Part shown: piece by piece, positions 25,572 to 36,257 of the stretch
Layout: every line of letters begins with the position of its first letter
Position numbering within the stretch: the first letter of the stretch is position 1
DNA from: Planktothrix sp. FACHB-1365
GTDB lineage: Bacteria; Cyanobacteriota; Cyanobacteriia; Cyanobacteriales; Microcoleaceae
Assembly: GCF_014697575.1 (NCBI RefSeq)
Contig: NZ_JACJSC010000008.1
Span: 157,075 to 194,281 of the forward strand
Length of the DNA stretch: 37,207 nt
Reading direction: 5' to 3'
Position numbers and translations under genes: made by a program
Notes under the pieces: model-generated
The model's input: only the letters and a program-made list of their open reading frames with translations
Told to the model about the DNA's origin: nothing
Database searches by the model: none

Positions 25572-27149
25572 ATGCCAACATTTGAACCGCAAACGCCGCG
25601 AATCCGATTTGTTTATCATCAATTACAATCCCCAGCATTTCGACAATGGGTTCCTTTGATTTTAATTGTAATATTAGGAACAATATTACGCCTTGATCAG
25701 ATCGGCACCGAAAGCATTTGGGCCGATGAACATTCTAGTATTCGAGATGCAGAAAGCTTAAAACTTAAACCTCGGCTTTTTTATTCTTTATTTCTGCGGT
25801 TTTGGATGGTGTTTGGAGAAAGTGATAGTTGGTTAAGATTATCTTCTGTTCCCTTCAGTTTGGGTGTGATTGTTCTTGTATATTTACTCACTTTAAAAGT
25901 GGCGAATCGTTGGACAGCTTTAATGGCTGCTTTGATGATGGCTGTTTCTCCTTTTTTTGTCGGTTACGCTCAAGAAATTCGGATGTATTCAATGAGTACA
26001 TTTTTCTCTTTATTGGGAACAGTTGCTTTAACCGATGCTTTAGAAAAGCCTACCAAACAATCAATCGTTGTCTGGATTATGGGTCGATTATTTTCGCTTT
26101 TAGCAACCCCCATTAATGTGTTATTAATCGTTCCTGATTTAATTTTGATTATTTGGAGATTTAAAAATCAAAAAGAAACTTTAATTAGGATAGGACAAGG
26201 ATTAATTGTTCTGGGATTAATTTGGCTTCCTTTTGCCTATACGTTAATTAAAGCCATCCCCAACTTTTTAAATGATTGGATTGCTAAAACTCCCAAGCCA
26301 AACCTTTTATTGATTCCCGGTAAATTAATTAACTTTACTGCTTTTTGGAACATAAAAGTAGTGCGAGCATGGTATGAATCTAGTCAGAATCTAACAGGGT
26401 TAGGATGGGAAAAATTGGTTTATTATTTTTATGTCTTTTACAATCTAATTTTAGTCTTTTTACTAATCCTTGCTTTACTCAAAGTCATTAAACAAGTTAG
26501 ACGAAAATCAACTCAACCGAAATTATTGTGGATTGCAACTTGGGCTATTGTCCCCTTTCTAATGTTGTTGTCAGGCTCCTATATTAGCGGTTCATTGATG
26601 GTTGATCGATATTTAGCCTTTATTGCACCCTATTACTTAATTCTAATAACGGTGGGATTTCAAACTATATTTCAAAAATATCGTTTAATTGCTTGGGGTC
26701 TTGCCGTGGTTTATTTAATCGCACTAACGGGAGGATTAACCCATTATTATACCCATTTATATCATGATGATTGGAAAGGAATTGTAGCGTTAATTGAAGC
26801 CGAGAAAAAACCAGGTGATGCGATTGGATTTTATGCTCTAGGATGGGAACCCCATCTAGCTTTACCCCGCTATTATCAAGGGTCATTGCCACTCCAATCT
26901 TTAGCTAATCCCCATATCGATTATCCTCAAAAACTAAATGAAGAATTCGCCTCTAAAATATTAGATTCATTACCGAAAAATCATTCTCGATATTGGTTGG
27001 TCTTGTATCCCGAAACCGATGTAGAAATGATTCAGAAAGTTATGAAAGAAAAATATGAGGTTTTACGTCATGAAGTTTATCCTAATCTCATGAATGGTTC
27101 TCCTCAAGTATTTTTAATCCAGCCTAAAGAGGCTAAAATTTTAAAATAA
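25572..27149 (+). CDS. GT-C superfamily glycosyltransferase, PMT_2/ArnT-like (family 39-like) integral membrane protein
   Basis: Multi-TM topology. Early periplasmic-loop DE motif (IWADEHSS). Conserved YAQEIRMYSM block typical of PMT_2/ArnT-like transferases. Soluble C-terminal domain. Confidence 0.55.
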   Translation: MPTFEPQTPRIRFVYHQLQSPAFRQWVPLILIVILGTILRLDQIGTESIWADEHSSIRDAESLKLKPRLFYSLFLRFWMVFGESDSWLRLSSVPFSLGVIVLVYLLTLKVANRWTALMAALMMAVSPFFVGYAQEIRMYSMSTFFSLLGTVALTDALEKPTKQSIVVWIMGRLFSLLATPINVLLIVPDLILIIWRFKNQKETLIRIGQGLIVLGLIWLPFAYTLIKAIPNFLNDWIAKTPKPNLLLIPGKLINFTAFWNIKVVRAWYESSQNLTGLGWEKLVYYFYVFYNLILVFLLILALLKVIKQVRRKSTQPKLLWIATWAIVPFLMLLSGSYISGSLMVDRYLAFIAPYYLILITVGFQTIFQKYRLIAWGLAVVYLIALTGGLTHYYTHLYHDDWKGIVALIEAEKKPGDAIGFYALGWEPHLALPRYYQGSLPLQSLANPHIDYPQKLNEEFASKILDSLPKNHSRYWLVLYPETDVEMIQKVMKEKYEVLRHEVYPNLMNGSPQVFLIQPKEAKILK

Positions 27150-27201
27150 TGATATAAAAGATATAAGAGGAGGTTTAATTAATCCTTTTTAAACTTAAGG
27201 T

Positions 27202-28962
27202 TTATGACTCAAATTGTTGAGCATAAAATAAAGCATAACGTTCGCCTTTTTCTAATAGTTCTTGATGGGTTCCTGATTCCACAATTTGACCTTGTTCTAA
27301 GACTAAAATTCGAGTAGCCCGTCTAACCGTTGCTAAACGATGAGCAATAATAAAAACAGTTCGATCCTGCATTAATCGTTCTAAGGCTTCTTGAACTAAC
27401 GCTTCTGACTCCGAATCTAAGGCTGATGTGGCTTCATCTAAAATTAAGATTCTAGGGTTTAATAAAACAGCCCTAGCAATGGCAATTCGTTGTCGTTGTC
27501 CCCCAGATAAATTCACTCCCCGTTCTCCAACCAGGGTTTGATAGCCATTGGGAAACTGCATAATAAACGAATCCGCATTGGCAATTTTTGCAGCGGCTTC
27601 CACATCTTTTAAGTCATAATAAGCTTGACCAAAGGCAATATTTTGAGCAATGGTTCCTGAAAATAAGGTAATATCTTGGGGAACAATCCCAATTTGTCGC
27701 CGCAGACTTTTTAAGGTGACATCTTGAATATCAATATCATCAATTTTAATAGTTCCTGACTGGCGATCATAAAATCGGGGTAATAAACTCACTAAGGTTG
27801 TTTTTCCGGCTCCCGACGGCCCCACTAAAGCCACCATTTCCCCTGGTTTAACACATAAATTGAGATTCTGTAAAACTGGTTGATTGTTATCTTGACTTTG
27901 AGAAAAATCCGTTTTAGGATAAGTAAAATTAACGTTATAATATTCGACTTTTCCGGTCACATGGGGTAAAATAAAAGCATCGGGTTTTTCAAGAACCGTT
28001 GGCTGCACGGCTAACAGTTCAAAAATGCGATCGCAAGAAGCTTGACCTTGTTTAAAATCACTATAATTACTCGTAGTTAAAGAGATGGGATCAATTAATA
28101 ACGCCACCGCCGCAATATAACTAATAAACCCACTTCCGGTTAAATTTCCTTGGGAGATTTGCCATCCTCCTAAAAAGAATAACAAAATCACACTCATGGC
28201 TTCTAAAAAGCCAACCACTACAAATTGTAAAGCTTTGACTTGTTCAGCTAAATATTTGGCTTTGCGATTTTGTTCCGCTTCTAAACTAAAGCGATTAATT
28301 TCATATTCTTCCGCCGCAAATGCTTGGACTAACCGAATTCCTCCAAACACTTCTGTTAATAACGCGGCTAAATTAGAAACTCGGTTTTGGCTATGGCGAG
28401 TAAAGGTTAATAATTTTTCGCCAAACCAACCAATTAACACCGCCATAAACGGGGCAATAATTAACGTGGCGAGGGTTAATTGCCAATTGAGATAAATCAT
28501 ATATCCCAAAACTACAATTAACTGTAAAATACAAGGAACAAATTGATGGAAAAATTTATTAATGACTTCCCCAATACGGTCAATATCTTCCGTGAGGCGA
28601 TAGGCGAGATCCCCGGTTTTTGTAGTTTCAAAATAGCCAATATTCAGCCGTTGTAAATGACGATAAACTTGTTTTCTTAATTCCAGAGAAATCGTTAAGG
28701 CAGCTTTTGCCATCAGGGTATCCTGACCATATTGTACCGTTCCCCGCACCAGGAAAACAACGGCCGCTACTCCCGCTAATTGAGCGATAGCAGAGACATT
28801 TCCGGCGCCAATATAACCTGCCATTTGTCCGGCTAACCAGGCTAATAACGGCCAAAATACGGTAAAGGCAAGGGTACAAACCAAGGCTTTAGCAATTGTT
28901 TGTCCTTGGGTGCGAATATAAGGAATTAATTCCCGGTAACTAGAAGGTTGTTTTTGTTTCAA
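27202..28962 (-). CDS. ABC transporter permease/ATP-binding fusion protein (type I exporter, MsbA-like)
   Basis: N-terminal six-TM domain. Walker A GPSGAGKTT, signature LSGGQRQRIAIARA, Walker B ILILDEATSALD, H-loop region. Confidence 0.9.
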   Translation of the reverse strand: MKQKQPSSYRELIPYIRTQGQTIAKALVCTLAFTVFWPLLAWLAGQMAGYIGAGNVSAIAQLAGVAAVVFLVRGTVQYGQDTLMAKAALTISLELRKQVYRHLQRLNIGYFETTKTGDLAYRLTEDIDRIGEVINKFFHQFVPCILQLIVVLGYMIYLNWQLTLATLIIAPFMAVLIGWFGEKLLTFTRHSQNRVSNLAALLTEVFGGIRLVQAFAAEEYEINRFSLEAEQNRKAKYLAEQVKALQFVVVGFLEAMSVILLFFLGGWQISQGNLTGSGFISYIAAVALLIDPISLTTSNYSDFKQGQASCDRIFELLAVQPTVLEKPDAFILPHVTGKVEYYNVNFTYPKTDFSQSQDNNQPVLQNLNLCVKPGEMVALVGPSGAGKTTLVSLLPRFYDRQSGTIKIDDIDIQDVTLKSLRRQIGIVPQDITLFSGTIAQNIAFGQAYYDLKDVEAAAKIANADSFIMQFPNGYQTLVGERGVNLSGGQRQRIAIARAVLLNPRILILDEATSALDSESEALVQEALERLMQDRTVFIIAHRLATVRRATRILVLEQGQIVESGTHQELLEKGERYALFYAQQFES

Positions 28963-29079
28963 GTTGCGATCGCCAAAACACCTTTTTTAACCTATCATAT
29001 TTTAGCCCAGAAACCGGGTTGATCAACAAAAGATCTTGTTTGAGCCGATAAATAACGATTATAAACCCGGTTTCTTGTA

Positions 29080-31494
29080 TTAGGTATTGTCTGAAGTTTT
29101 TAGCTCGCTTAATTGATAATAAATTGCCCAAATTGCCATCGCTCTTAAATAATGACTGGCGCGAAATGTGCCAACGGCGGTAATGGCTTCGGGTGTGCGA
29201 AATTGTAAACCATTTTCATAGATTTGTTTAACCACAACTTCCGTTAATTCTAACGCTTCAGCTTTCATTCCCATTTGTAAGAAAAACGCAGCCAACCCAA
29301 AATTAATTCCTGTCCAAACTTCTAAGGGGTGAGTATCTTGAGGATTAACTGCTTCTCCCGTCGGTCTAACACCATTGGCGGCACCAAATTGCCCATTATG
29401 AAACTTTTTAAAACAGGAATCATAAACCATTTTTAAAGCCGAAATTGTACAATCAGTAGGAACAATATCCGGTAATTCTAATAATCTAGCATAAAATTGA
29501 CCACACAATTGATCAGCCATGACCACATCAGAACCACTCTCACTATCCAAACGATAATATTGACCATTCCAAAGGGTTTTGTGATACAAAGGTTTAGCCG
29601 TTTCTAACCAAGCTTGATAGGTCGGAAGAACGCTTTTAGGAGACGGGGTAACGGTTTCCTTTTCTAGTGCTTTCCCCATGGCAATCATCGCTTCTAATGC
29701 TGCTAACCATAACCCCCCACAATAGGCACTAATTCCCTGTAATCTCCAATCATCAAAAGTTTGATCCGGTGCGCCACTATTTTCGGGAATTGAATCTTGA
29801 TCTAAATCAAAGGTTTTTAGATAATCCAGGGTTTCAACCATCGCTGGCCAGCAATCTTTTAAAAACTCGTAATCTGTTCCCCCCGTTAATAGGAAATCCC
29901 GATAAACTTGCAACACAAAATCACAGGGTAAATCCTTCCAAAGGTTACAATCTTGATAACTGGTATAATTGGTTTTTTCCCAAGGATGTTCGTTCGGCGC
30001 GCCTAAATCATGGGGGGTTGCACCAACGGCTTTCCGAATGGCAGAGGCTTGATTATAACCAATAATTCGTGGGGTATTATCGCCTTGAGAAATTGCACGG
30101 GAATAGGCAATTAATATCGATTTTTCTAACTCCGGCCATAACATTAATAAAGAAAATGACCCATATAATCGCACATCTAAACTTTCATACCAGCGATAAT
30201 CTAAACATTCTAAAACTGCAAATTGACCGACAGGATCACGTTCATCAGCAGCAGTCCAAAGCGCACCTCCATCCGTTAGTAAATATAGCTCATTAAAGAG
30301 TGCCATTTTAAACCAATTGGGTAAATCTTGACGCTGTAAAATTGGGTTTTGCCACAGTTCAATCTGTTCTCGCCAAGTATCAGAATGCTTCATCGCCGTG
30401 CGAATCATTGACCAAGCATTGTGACCATTTCGACCAAAAAAATCAGTATAACGACGATAATAATTAATTCCTGATGCAAATTCAGTAATGGGTAAATCCC
30501 AGGCTAAATAAAACGGAATTTTGCGTGTTTTTCCGGGTCGAATTGTAAATTTAACCGCTAAAGCAACGGCAATTCGCTCTCCTTCTTTAGCCGGATGTTC
30601 ACTTTCTTGATCTAATAATGTGCCATCTTCGGCAAAACAGTGCCAAATGTCTTCTCCGCTTCCTGTGGGGTTCCAACGGGTTTGATAATACACTTCAACC
30701 GCAGGGTTTATAATGGTGGCAATTGCCATTTGTCCTTCCCCTTCTCGCACTTCTTCATTAGTGCTGAGACGAGTCATTAAACAGCCAATGCGATGAAAAT
30801 CTTCAACTAATCGATTAACACTTCCGTCACTATTTCCCCACCGAGGTTGATATTCATAAACTGGGCTACCATCGTCTCTAACTTTCACTTCAGGACTGGC
30901 TAAACTATTGGTAAACCATCCAATTGTATTTTCCCAAGTTAATAAAATACTTAAGGTAATCGGTTCATCCGTTGGGTTGTGAGCAATCCATTCAAAAATT
31001 GCAATGGGATAACTACTTTCTTGATAGTTTTTAGCCCAAACCGGAGAAAATTGTTCACAAGTTAATTGTGCAGAAAAGACATTTTCATAAACAAACCAAC
31101 TGCGGGGATATAACGCATGATAAATTCCCGTTTGTTCAGGATAATTTGTAGGATTAGGATACCAATTCCACGCCGCTAAACTTCCATCTTCTGGGGGTTC
31201 TGTTGATAAAGCACAAGCTTTTTTTTGACCGTTGATTTCTTCAAAAACACTAAATTGACAAGCGGGAAGATTTCTAAAAATATGTTCTCCCCCGTCCAAA
31301 TGCCAGAGGTTAAAATCTCCTCGTGAAGACCGTCCAATACAACCTGCACCCAACCCCCCTAACGGCATTCCGTGCCAAGGGCCATCATCTAAATTACTGG
31401 CGTAGCGAACGGTATAAGGTTTTTCCCACCCTAAACCAATGGGACGACTCCAAGTAGACTCAGGAATATTGTTAATAGGGCTAGAATGGGTCAT
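29080..31494 (-). CDS. GH116-family glycoside hydrolase (GBA2-type non-lysosomal glucosylceramidase-like)
   Basis: N-terminal GBA2_N-like block MPLGGLGAGCIGRSSRGDFNLWHL. About 800 aa with C-terminal (alpha/alpha)6-like region. Confidence 0.7.
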   Translation of the reverse strand: MTHSSPINNIPESTWSRPIGLGWEKPYTVRYASNLDDGPWHGMPLGGLGAGCIGRSSRGDFNLWHLDGGEHIFRNLPACQFSVFEEINGQKKACALSTEPPEDGSLAAWNWYPNPTNYPEQTGIYHALYPRSWFVYENVFSAQLTCEQFSPVWAKNYQESSYPIAIFEWIAHNPTDEPITLSILLTWENTIGWFTNSLASPEVKVRDDGSPVYEYQPRWGNSDGSVNRLVEDFHRIGCLMTRLSTNEEVREGEGQMAIATIINPAVEVYYQTRWNPTGSGEDIWHCFAEDGTLLDQESEHPAKEGERIAVALAVKFTIRPGKTRKIPFYLAWDLPITEFASGINYYRRYTDFFGRNGHNAWSMIRTAMKHSDTWREQIELWQNPILQRQDLPNWFKMALFNELYLLTDGGALWTAADERDPVGQFAVLECLDYRWYESLDVRLYGSFSLLMLWPELEKSILIAYSRAISQGDNTPRIIGYNQASAIRKAVGATPHDLGAPNEHPWEKTNYTSYQDCNLWKDLPCDFVLQVYRDFLLTGGTDYEFLKDCWPAMVETLDYLKTFDLDQDSIPENSGAPDQTFDDWRLQGISAYCGGLWLAALEAMIAMGKALEKETVTPSPKSVLPTYQAWLETAKPLYHKTLWNGQYYRLDSESGSDVVMADQLCGQFYARLLELPDIVPTDCTISALKMVYDSCFKKFHNGQFGAANGVRPTGEAVNPQDTHPLEVWTGINFGLAAFFLQMGMKAEALELTEVVVKQIYENGLQFRTPEAITAVGTFRASHYLRAMAIWAIYYQLSELKTSDNT

Positions 31495-31589
31495 GCGGTT
31501 AAGGGATAATGCTATTTAAAAAAAACTAAATTCCCCATTTGGGATGTTTTGAATTTTCTCACAATTGAGTTAAATAAGCAAGAGCAATT

Positions 31590-31994
31590 TTATTTCCGCA
31601 GTCTGGTTTTATGATAAAAAATCCATAATTCTGCCAAATAATAAAATAGAATAATCCCGATTAAACTTGCACTCAAATCAATAATACTGAAGGTACGATT
31701 GGGTAAATAAATTTGTGAGATTTCTTCAGCAATAGTTATAAGGGTAAATAAAAACGGCCCCAGGGGAATAAAAATCTTATTAATTACAATCTTTTTTCCT
31801 CCCAAGGCTAAATGAGTTAAAAACGATGCAATTCCATATAAAATAAAATGTCCATAAACATCATAATGAGGGATTTTCCCTAATAAATCATAAGGTAAAT
31901 TTCCCCCATTGGCTGTAATTACAATTAACAATAACAACAGAAAATAGAGAAGAAAAGCAATTTGCCAAGGTTTTTGAGACGGTTTCATGATCAA
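31590..31994 (-). CDS. Small integral membrane protein (VanZ-like topology)
   Basis: 134 aa, four hydrophobic segments. No catalytic motifs. Confidence 0.35.
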   Translation of the reverse strand: MIMKPSQKPWQIAFLLYFLLLLLIVITANGGNLPYDLLGKIPHYDVYGHFILYGIASFLTHLALGGKKIVINKIFIPLGPFLFTLITIAEEISQIYLPNRTFSIIDLSASLIGIILFYYLAELWIFYHKTRLRK

Positions 31995-32133
31995 CGCATT
32001 AATTCAGGGTTTACCCTAAATCTACCACCGCTTCCTTGAGGATTTCGGATGATTAACAGTAGAAAGGCTTGACGACTTAAAAATGTAATTTGTGTTATAA
32101 ATAAATAGATGTTTTCTTATAGATAACTAAGTT

Positions 32134-35100
32134 ATGCCACCTCGCTTCATCAACGATCGCTATGCTTTATCCCCCAACCCGCGATCGGGTGGAATGGCTC
32201 ATGTCTACCGCGCCAGAGACTACAATCAAGAAGAACGGCTAGTTGCGGTAAAAGAATTCAATCGCGGGCAAATTGAAGCAGATATTCTAGCCGAATCTTT
32301 CAGACGTGAAACCCTAGCTCTCCAAGAGTTAAAACACCCTGGAATTGTGGAGCTCCTTGATTGTGGAAAGGATGAAACTACGGGTAACTATTTTCTAGTT
32401 CTGGAGTGGATGGACAAGGATTTGCTAACACTTCTAAAAGAATCTCCCCCGGAGGGTTGGGATTCTTTCTGGAAAGTGGTAGCACTACCCGTGTTGGAGG
32501 CTTTGGCATTTTCCCATAGTCGAGGCATAATACACCGGGATATTAAACCTAGCAATATTTTAGTAGGAAGTGACGGTAAACTCAAACTTGCTGATTTTGG
32601 CATATCTAAGCTTAAAAGCTATTTGCAACCTAGCATTACTCTTAAAGACTTTGTATCGCGTACATTCACACCGCCAGAATTTGATGATGGTTCCTATACC
32701 TACACCCGCGATGTTTTCAGTTTTGGTGTATTGGTTTTGAAGTGTTTAACTAATATTCAACTTATAGATCATAATAATATTTCCACCGCTCTAAAAGCGT
32801 TTAATGCACCCTCTGAAATCGTAGAAGTAATCGAGCGTGCTGTTTCCTTAGACCCCACAGAGCGTCAGCGTAATGCAGAGGTATTGTTAGCTGAAATTAA
32901 TGCTATTCAAGGGAAGATAAAAACAGGAGAAATTAAAAAACGTCCTTGCTTTATTGAGCTTATACCAAAGTGCTTAGACCGACTTAGGAATGAACTTGAA
33001 ATTTCTTCTGAAGTTGAAATTAAGAATCTTATCCTTGAGGATCTCAATAATGAATCTGGTTGTGGAATTCGTCCCTATAAATTTAAGGACGACGCCAACG
33101 ATGCTGCGTCCCGTGAAGATCACTACGAAATTTATGGTATTTCCTATCGATATCATATAAAAATAGATCAAAACCAACGACAGCACCTAGTTATTTTGAA
33201 TGCTTGGTCTACTTCTTACTCGCAATTAGAACAACGTCGAGAACGTTCTTGGATTCTTCCCTACGAGTTCAGATTTGGAAAGCCACGGAATTTATATGAA
33301 GCAGAAGATGTAATTCGGGATTTAGAGGATGCAGTTATAGAGCATGAAGATAACTTAAAAGAACAGGAAGATGAGAAAGAAAAGCAACGAATATTTCAAG
33401 TTTGGTGGGATATTCTTAGAGCTAAAACAGATTGGGAAAAAAATAGAGAGAAACCGATTAAATACAAAGGCTTTACTCGTGATGGAAACCGTGTTACTTT
33501 TGAATTATCAGAACTTCCAGAAGATGATCTAGGTGGACAACCACGCCATGTGACAAACCCCAAAGGAATTAGCATCTTGGGGGGAGATGTTGAGCAAGTT
33601 ATCGGTGACAAATTGACTCTTTATATTAAATATGGAGAATCAGAAAGACTCCCACAATCTGGAGAATTACGTTTTGATACTCGTGCTGCTAAAGTTGCCC
33701 TAAATCGACAAAAAAATGCCCTGGATGCGATTAGATTTGACAGGGGAGTACGTTCAGACATTCGCCAATTACTTGTTAATCCCCAAGAAGTTCGTGTTCC
33801 TGATTTAGAAATGGATGTGCAGTTTGTTCAATCTCTGAATCAATCGCAGGAAGAAGTTGTTAAGGCTGCACTTTCTACAGAAGATTTTCTAATTGTTCAA
33901 GGGCCACCAGGAACAGGAAAAACAACATTTATTACAGAAGTTGTTCTGCAAATTCTTAATCAAAAACCTGATACTAGAATTTTGCTGAGTTCACAAACTC
34001 ATGTTGCACTAGATAACGCCTTAGAACGAATTAAAGTGAAAGATCCTAACTTGAAATTGTTGCGAATTGGCAACCATGAAAGGGTATCAGAAAATGTTCA
34101 TTCCCTCTTACTCGAAGAACAGATGGAACAGTGGAGAGAGTCTGCGATCGCTAAAGGACAGGAATTTATTGATAATTGGTCAGCACAACGAGGTATTTCT
34201 GGGCATAACAGTGAAATAGCCACACTATTTCAAGAAATGAGAAATCTGGGAATAAAAATTGAAACTTTCAGGGAAGAAGTTAATGCCTGGAAACAGGATT
34301 TAGATGAAATTCTAGCAATAAATTACGACACAGAAAATCCAGATTCATTGTTAGAGGCTAATATTCCCAAAGATAAGCTAGAGGAATGTCAGAGTATTGA
34401 AGTGGAAATTAGCATCCTACGTCAGCATTTAAAAGAAGCGCGACAGCAACAGAAAGAAAAAGCCAAGCAGTTAAAAGAATTAACCGGAAGTAGTATCAAT
34501 CAACTTTTGAGATTATCGGTTGAGGAGATAGAAGAGCAAATCAATCAACTCATTGATCAAAATAATTCAGATTCAAAAATGCTCCAAAACTTGCTAAAAA
34601 TTCAAACAGAATGGTTTGAGAAGTTCGGTCGAAATGACAAATTCAATATACCTTTAATTAAGCGATCGCAATTAGTGGCAGGGACTTGTATCGGCATTCC
34701 TAGAGAGATTCAAGACATAGAATTTGACCTTTGTATTGTTGATGAAGCTTCAAAAGCTACGGCGACAGAAGTATTAGTTCCAATGGCGCGATCGCATCGC
34801 TGGATATTGGTTGGCGACCCTAAACAACTGCCACCCTTTAAAGATGAAGTTAGCAGAAATTCCGCCTTTCTGGAGGAATACGAACTAACTCAGGATGATA
34901 TTCGAGAAACCCTATTTGATCGACTTCTGAGAACACTCCCAGATGGGTGTCACAAGATGTTAACAATTCAACATCGGATGGTTGCACCAATTGGCAATTT
35001 AGTTAGTGAATGTTTTTATGAGGGTCAGCTAAAAAGTGCCAGGACTGATATAGATAAAGACCTTGTTAAAATTCTACCGCAACCGGTTACTTGGTTAACA

Positions 35101-35586
35101 ACAACAAAACTTAAAAATTCTCGTGAACAGTCTGTCAATTCTAGCTTTAACAATACCTGTGAAGTGAAAGTCATTGTTGACTTTCTCAAACAGCTAAATC
35201 AGACAGCAGTAAAAGCCGAAAAAAAATATAGTGTGGCTGTTTTGACTGGGTATGCAGCACAGCTAAAATTACTTAATCGTAGCCTTAATTCAGAAGGAAA
35301 CAATTGGCAAGCATTAACAGTTGAGTGTAATACAGTAGATGCGTTCCAAGGACGCGAAGCTGATATTGCATTGTATTCTGTAACTCGTTCTAACAGACAA
35401 GGTAAAGTAGGTTTTCTGCGCGATTCAGAACGATTAAATGTGGCTTTATCCAGAGGTAAAGTTGGTTTAGTTATCGTCGGAGATCACCACTTCTGTCGCA
35501 CCTCAGACGATAACCCGTTACACCGAGTTTTAGAGTATATTGAATGTCACCCTGAAAATTGCGCTTTAACCGAGCCTGGGTTATAA
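32134..35586 (+). CDS. Fusion protein: N-terminal Ser/Thr protein kinase domain + long linker + C-terminal Upf1-like SF1 helicase (AAA_11/AAA_12)
   Basis: Kinase: VAVKEF (beta3 Lys), HRDIKPSNIL, DFG (LADFGISK), TPPE. Helicase: Walker A QGPPGTGKTT, Walker B CIVDEASKA, motif III LVGDPKQLPP, motif V/VI VDAFQGREADIALYSVTRS. Confidence 0.85.
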   Translation: MPPRFINDRYALSPNPRSGGMAHVYRARDYNQEERLVAVKEFNRGQIEADILAESFRRETLALQELKHPGIVELLDCGKDETTGNYFLVLEWMDKDLLTLLKESPPEGWDSFWKVVALPVLEALAFSHSRGIIHRDIKPSNILVGSDGKLKLADFGISKLKSYLQPSITLKDFVSRTFTPPEFDDGSYTYTRDVFSFGVLVLKCLTNIQLIDHNNISTALKAFNAPSEIVEVIERAVSLDPTERQRNAEVLLAEINAIQGKIKTGEIKKRPCFIELIPKCLDRLRNELEISSEVEIKNLILEDLNNESGCGIRPYKFKDDANDAASREDHYEIYGISYRYHIKIDQNQRQHLVILNAWSTSYSQLEQRRERSWILPYEFRFGKPRNLYEAEDVIRDLEDAVIEHEDNLKEQEDEKEKQRIFQVWWDILRAKTDWEKNREKPIKYKGFTRDGNRVTFELSELPEDDLGGQPRHVTNPKGISILGGDVEQVIGDKLTLYIKYGESERLPQSGELRFDTRAAKVALNRQKNALDAIRFDRGVRSDIRQLLVNPQEVRVPDLEMDVQFVQSLNQSQEEVVKAALSTEDFLIVQGPPGTGKTTFITEVVLQILNQKPDTRILLSSQTHVALDNALERIKVKDPNLKLLRIGNHERVSENVHSLLLEEQMEQWRESAIAKGQEFIDNWSAQRGISGHNSEIATLFQEMRNLGIKIETFREEVNAWKQDLDEILAINYDTENPDSLLEANIPKDKLEECQSIEVEISILRQHLKEARQQQKEKAKQLKELTGSSINQLLRLSVEEIEEQINQLIDQNNSDSKMLQNLLKIQTEWFEKFGRNDKFNIPLIKRSQLVAGTCIGIPREIQDIEFDLCIVDEASKATATEVLVPMARSHRWILVGDPKQLPPFKDEVSRNSAFLEEYELTQDDIRETLFDRLLRTLPDGCHKMLTIQHRMVAPIGNLVSECFYEGQLKSARTDIDKDLVKILPQPVTWLTTTKLKNSREQSVNSSFNNTCEVKVIVDFLKQLNQTAVKAEKKYSVAVLTGYAAQLKLLNRSLNSEGNNWQALTVECNTVDAFQGREADIALYSVTRSNRQGKVGFLRDSERLNVALSRGKVGLVIVGDHHFCRTSDDNPLHRVLEYIECHPENCALTEPGL

Positions 35587-35668
35587 TTTTTGTATAGCCT
35601 TTATCGGGTAAATAGTCTGTATATTACTCATTTGATAACTGGTAAATTACGAAATAAGTAGGTGTTCA

Positions 35669-35878
35669 ATGAATAGCCACAAAGTAACATTAGAAATTTC
35701 GGAAACCCTTTTTGAGCAACTCTCTTTACTAGCTGACCTAAAAGAAGAATCAATAGAATATTTAGCAATTGAAATTATTGCTGCTAAATTACCTTGTTTA
35801 ATTCAAAGAGAGAGTCAATTGAAGCAATTATTAGAAGCAATCAAACCTGATAGCATTCATAGTGAAATTGGGTTATAA
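35669..35878 (+). CDS. Putative antitoxin of the downstream MazF/PemK toxin (69 aa)
   Basis: Small acidic protein immediately upstream of the toxin gene (6-nt gap). The position is characteristic of type II TA antitoxins. No fold-specific motif recognised. Confidence 0.45.
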   Translation: MNSHKVTLEISETLFEQLSLLADLKEESIEYLAIEIIAAKLPCLIQRESQLKQLLEAIKPDSIHSEIGL

Positions 35879-35884
35879 TAATAT

Positions 35885-36247
35885 ATGAATTCTGATAATC
35901 CTCAGTTGTATATTCCCCGTCAAGGTGATATCATTTGGATTGACTTTATTCCGCAAATCGGCAGAGAACAGGCAGGTCGCCGTCCAGCTATTGTTATCTC
36001 AAAAACAACATATAATCGCCGAGTTGGACTAGCTTTAGTCTGTCCAATTACTAGCCGAGTAAAAGGTTATCCTTTTGAAGTAGCAATTCCAGAAGGATTG
36101 GCAGTATCAGGAGTTGTTTTAGCCGATCAAATTAAATCCTTTGATTGGCAAGCAAGGCAAGCAGATTTTGCTTGTAAAATACCTCCAGAAGTCCTAATTG
36201 AAGTAGTTGCTAAATTAATGAACCTATTACCCGAAATAGAGATTTAG
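35885..36247 (+). CDS. mazF: MazF/PemK-family type II toxin (mRNA interferase)
   Basis: PRQGDIIWIDFIPQIGREQAGRRPAIVIS...RRVGLALVCPITSRVKGYPFEV...SGVVLADQIKSFDW matches the PemK/MazF consensus throughout. Confidence 0.8.
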   Translation: MNSDNPQLYIPRQGDIIWIDFIPQIGREQAGRRPAIVISKTTYNRRVGLALVCPITSRVKGYPFEVAIPEGLAVSGVVLADQIKSFDWQARQADFACKIPPEVLIEVVAKLMNLLPEIEI

Positions 36248-36257
36248 TTAAATAAAT

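Noticed and set aside
25829-26116. 95-aa Cys-rich ORF inside the glycosyltransferase gene
   Set aside because: Alternative frame of a well-supported multi-TM CDS. Cys richness reflects T/G-rich codons of the hydrophobic gene.
28940-29131. 63-aa ORF bridging the ABC transporter start and the GH116 gene end
   Set aside because: Overlaps both neighbouring CDS ends. No RBS or motif.
32134-35586. Considered calling the kinase-helicase a BREX PglW or Gabija/Hachiman component
   Set aside because: None of the partner genes (PglX/PglZ/BrxC, GajA, HamA) is present in the window and the helicase is Upf1-like rather than UvrD- or DinG-like. Left as an unclassified candidate.
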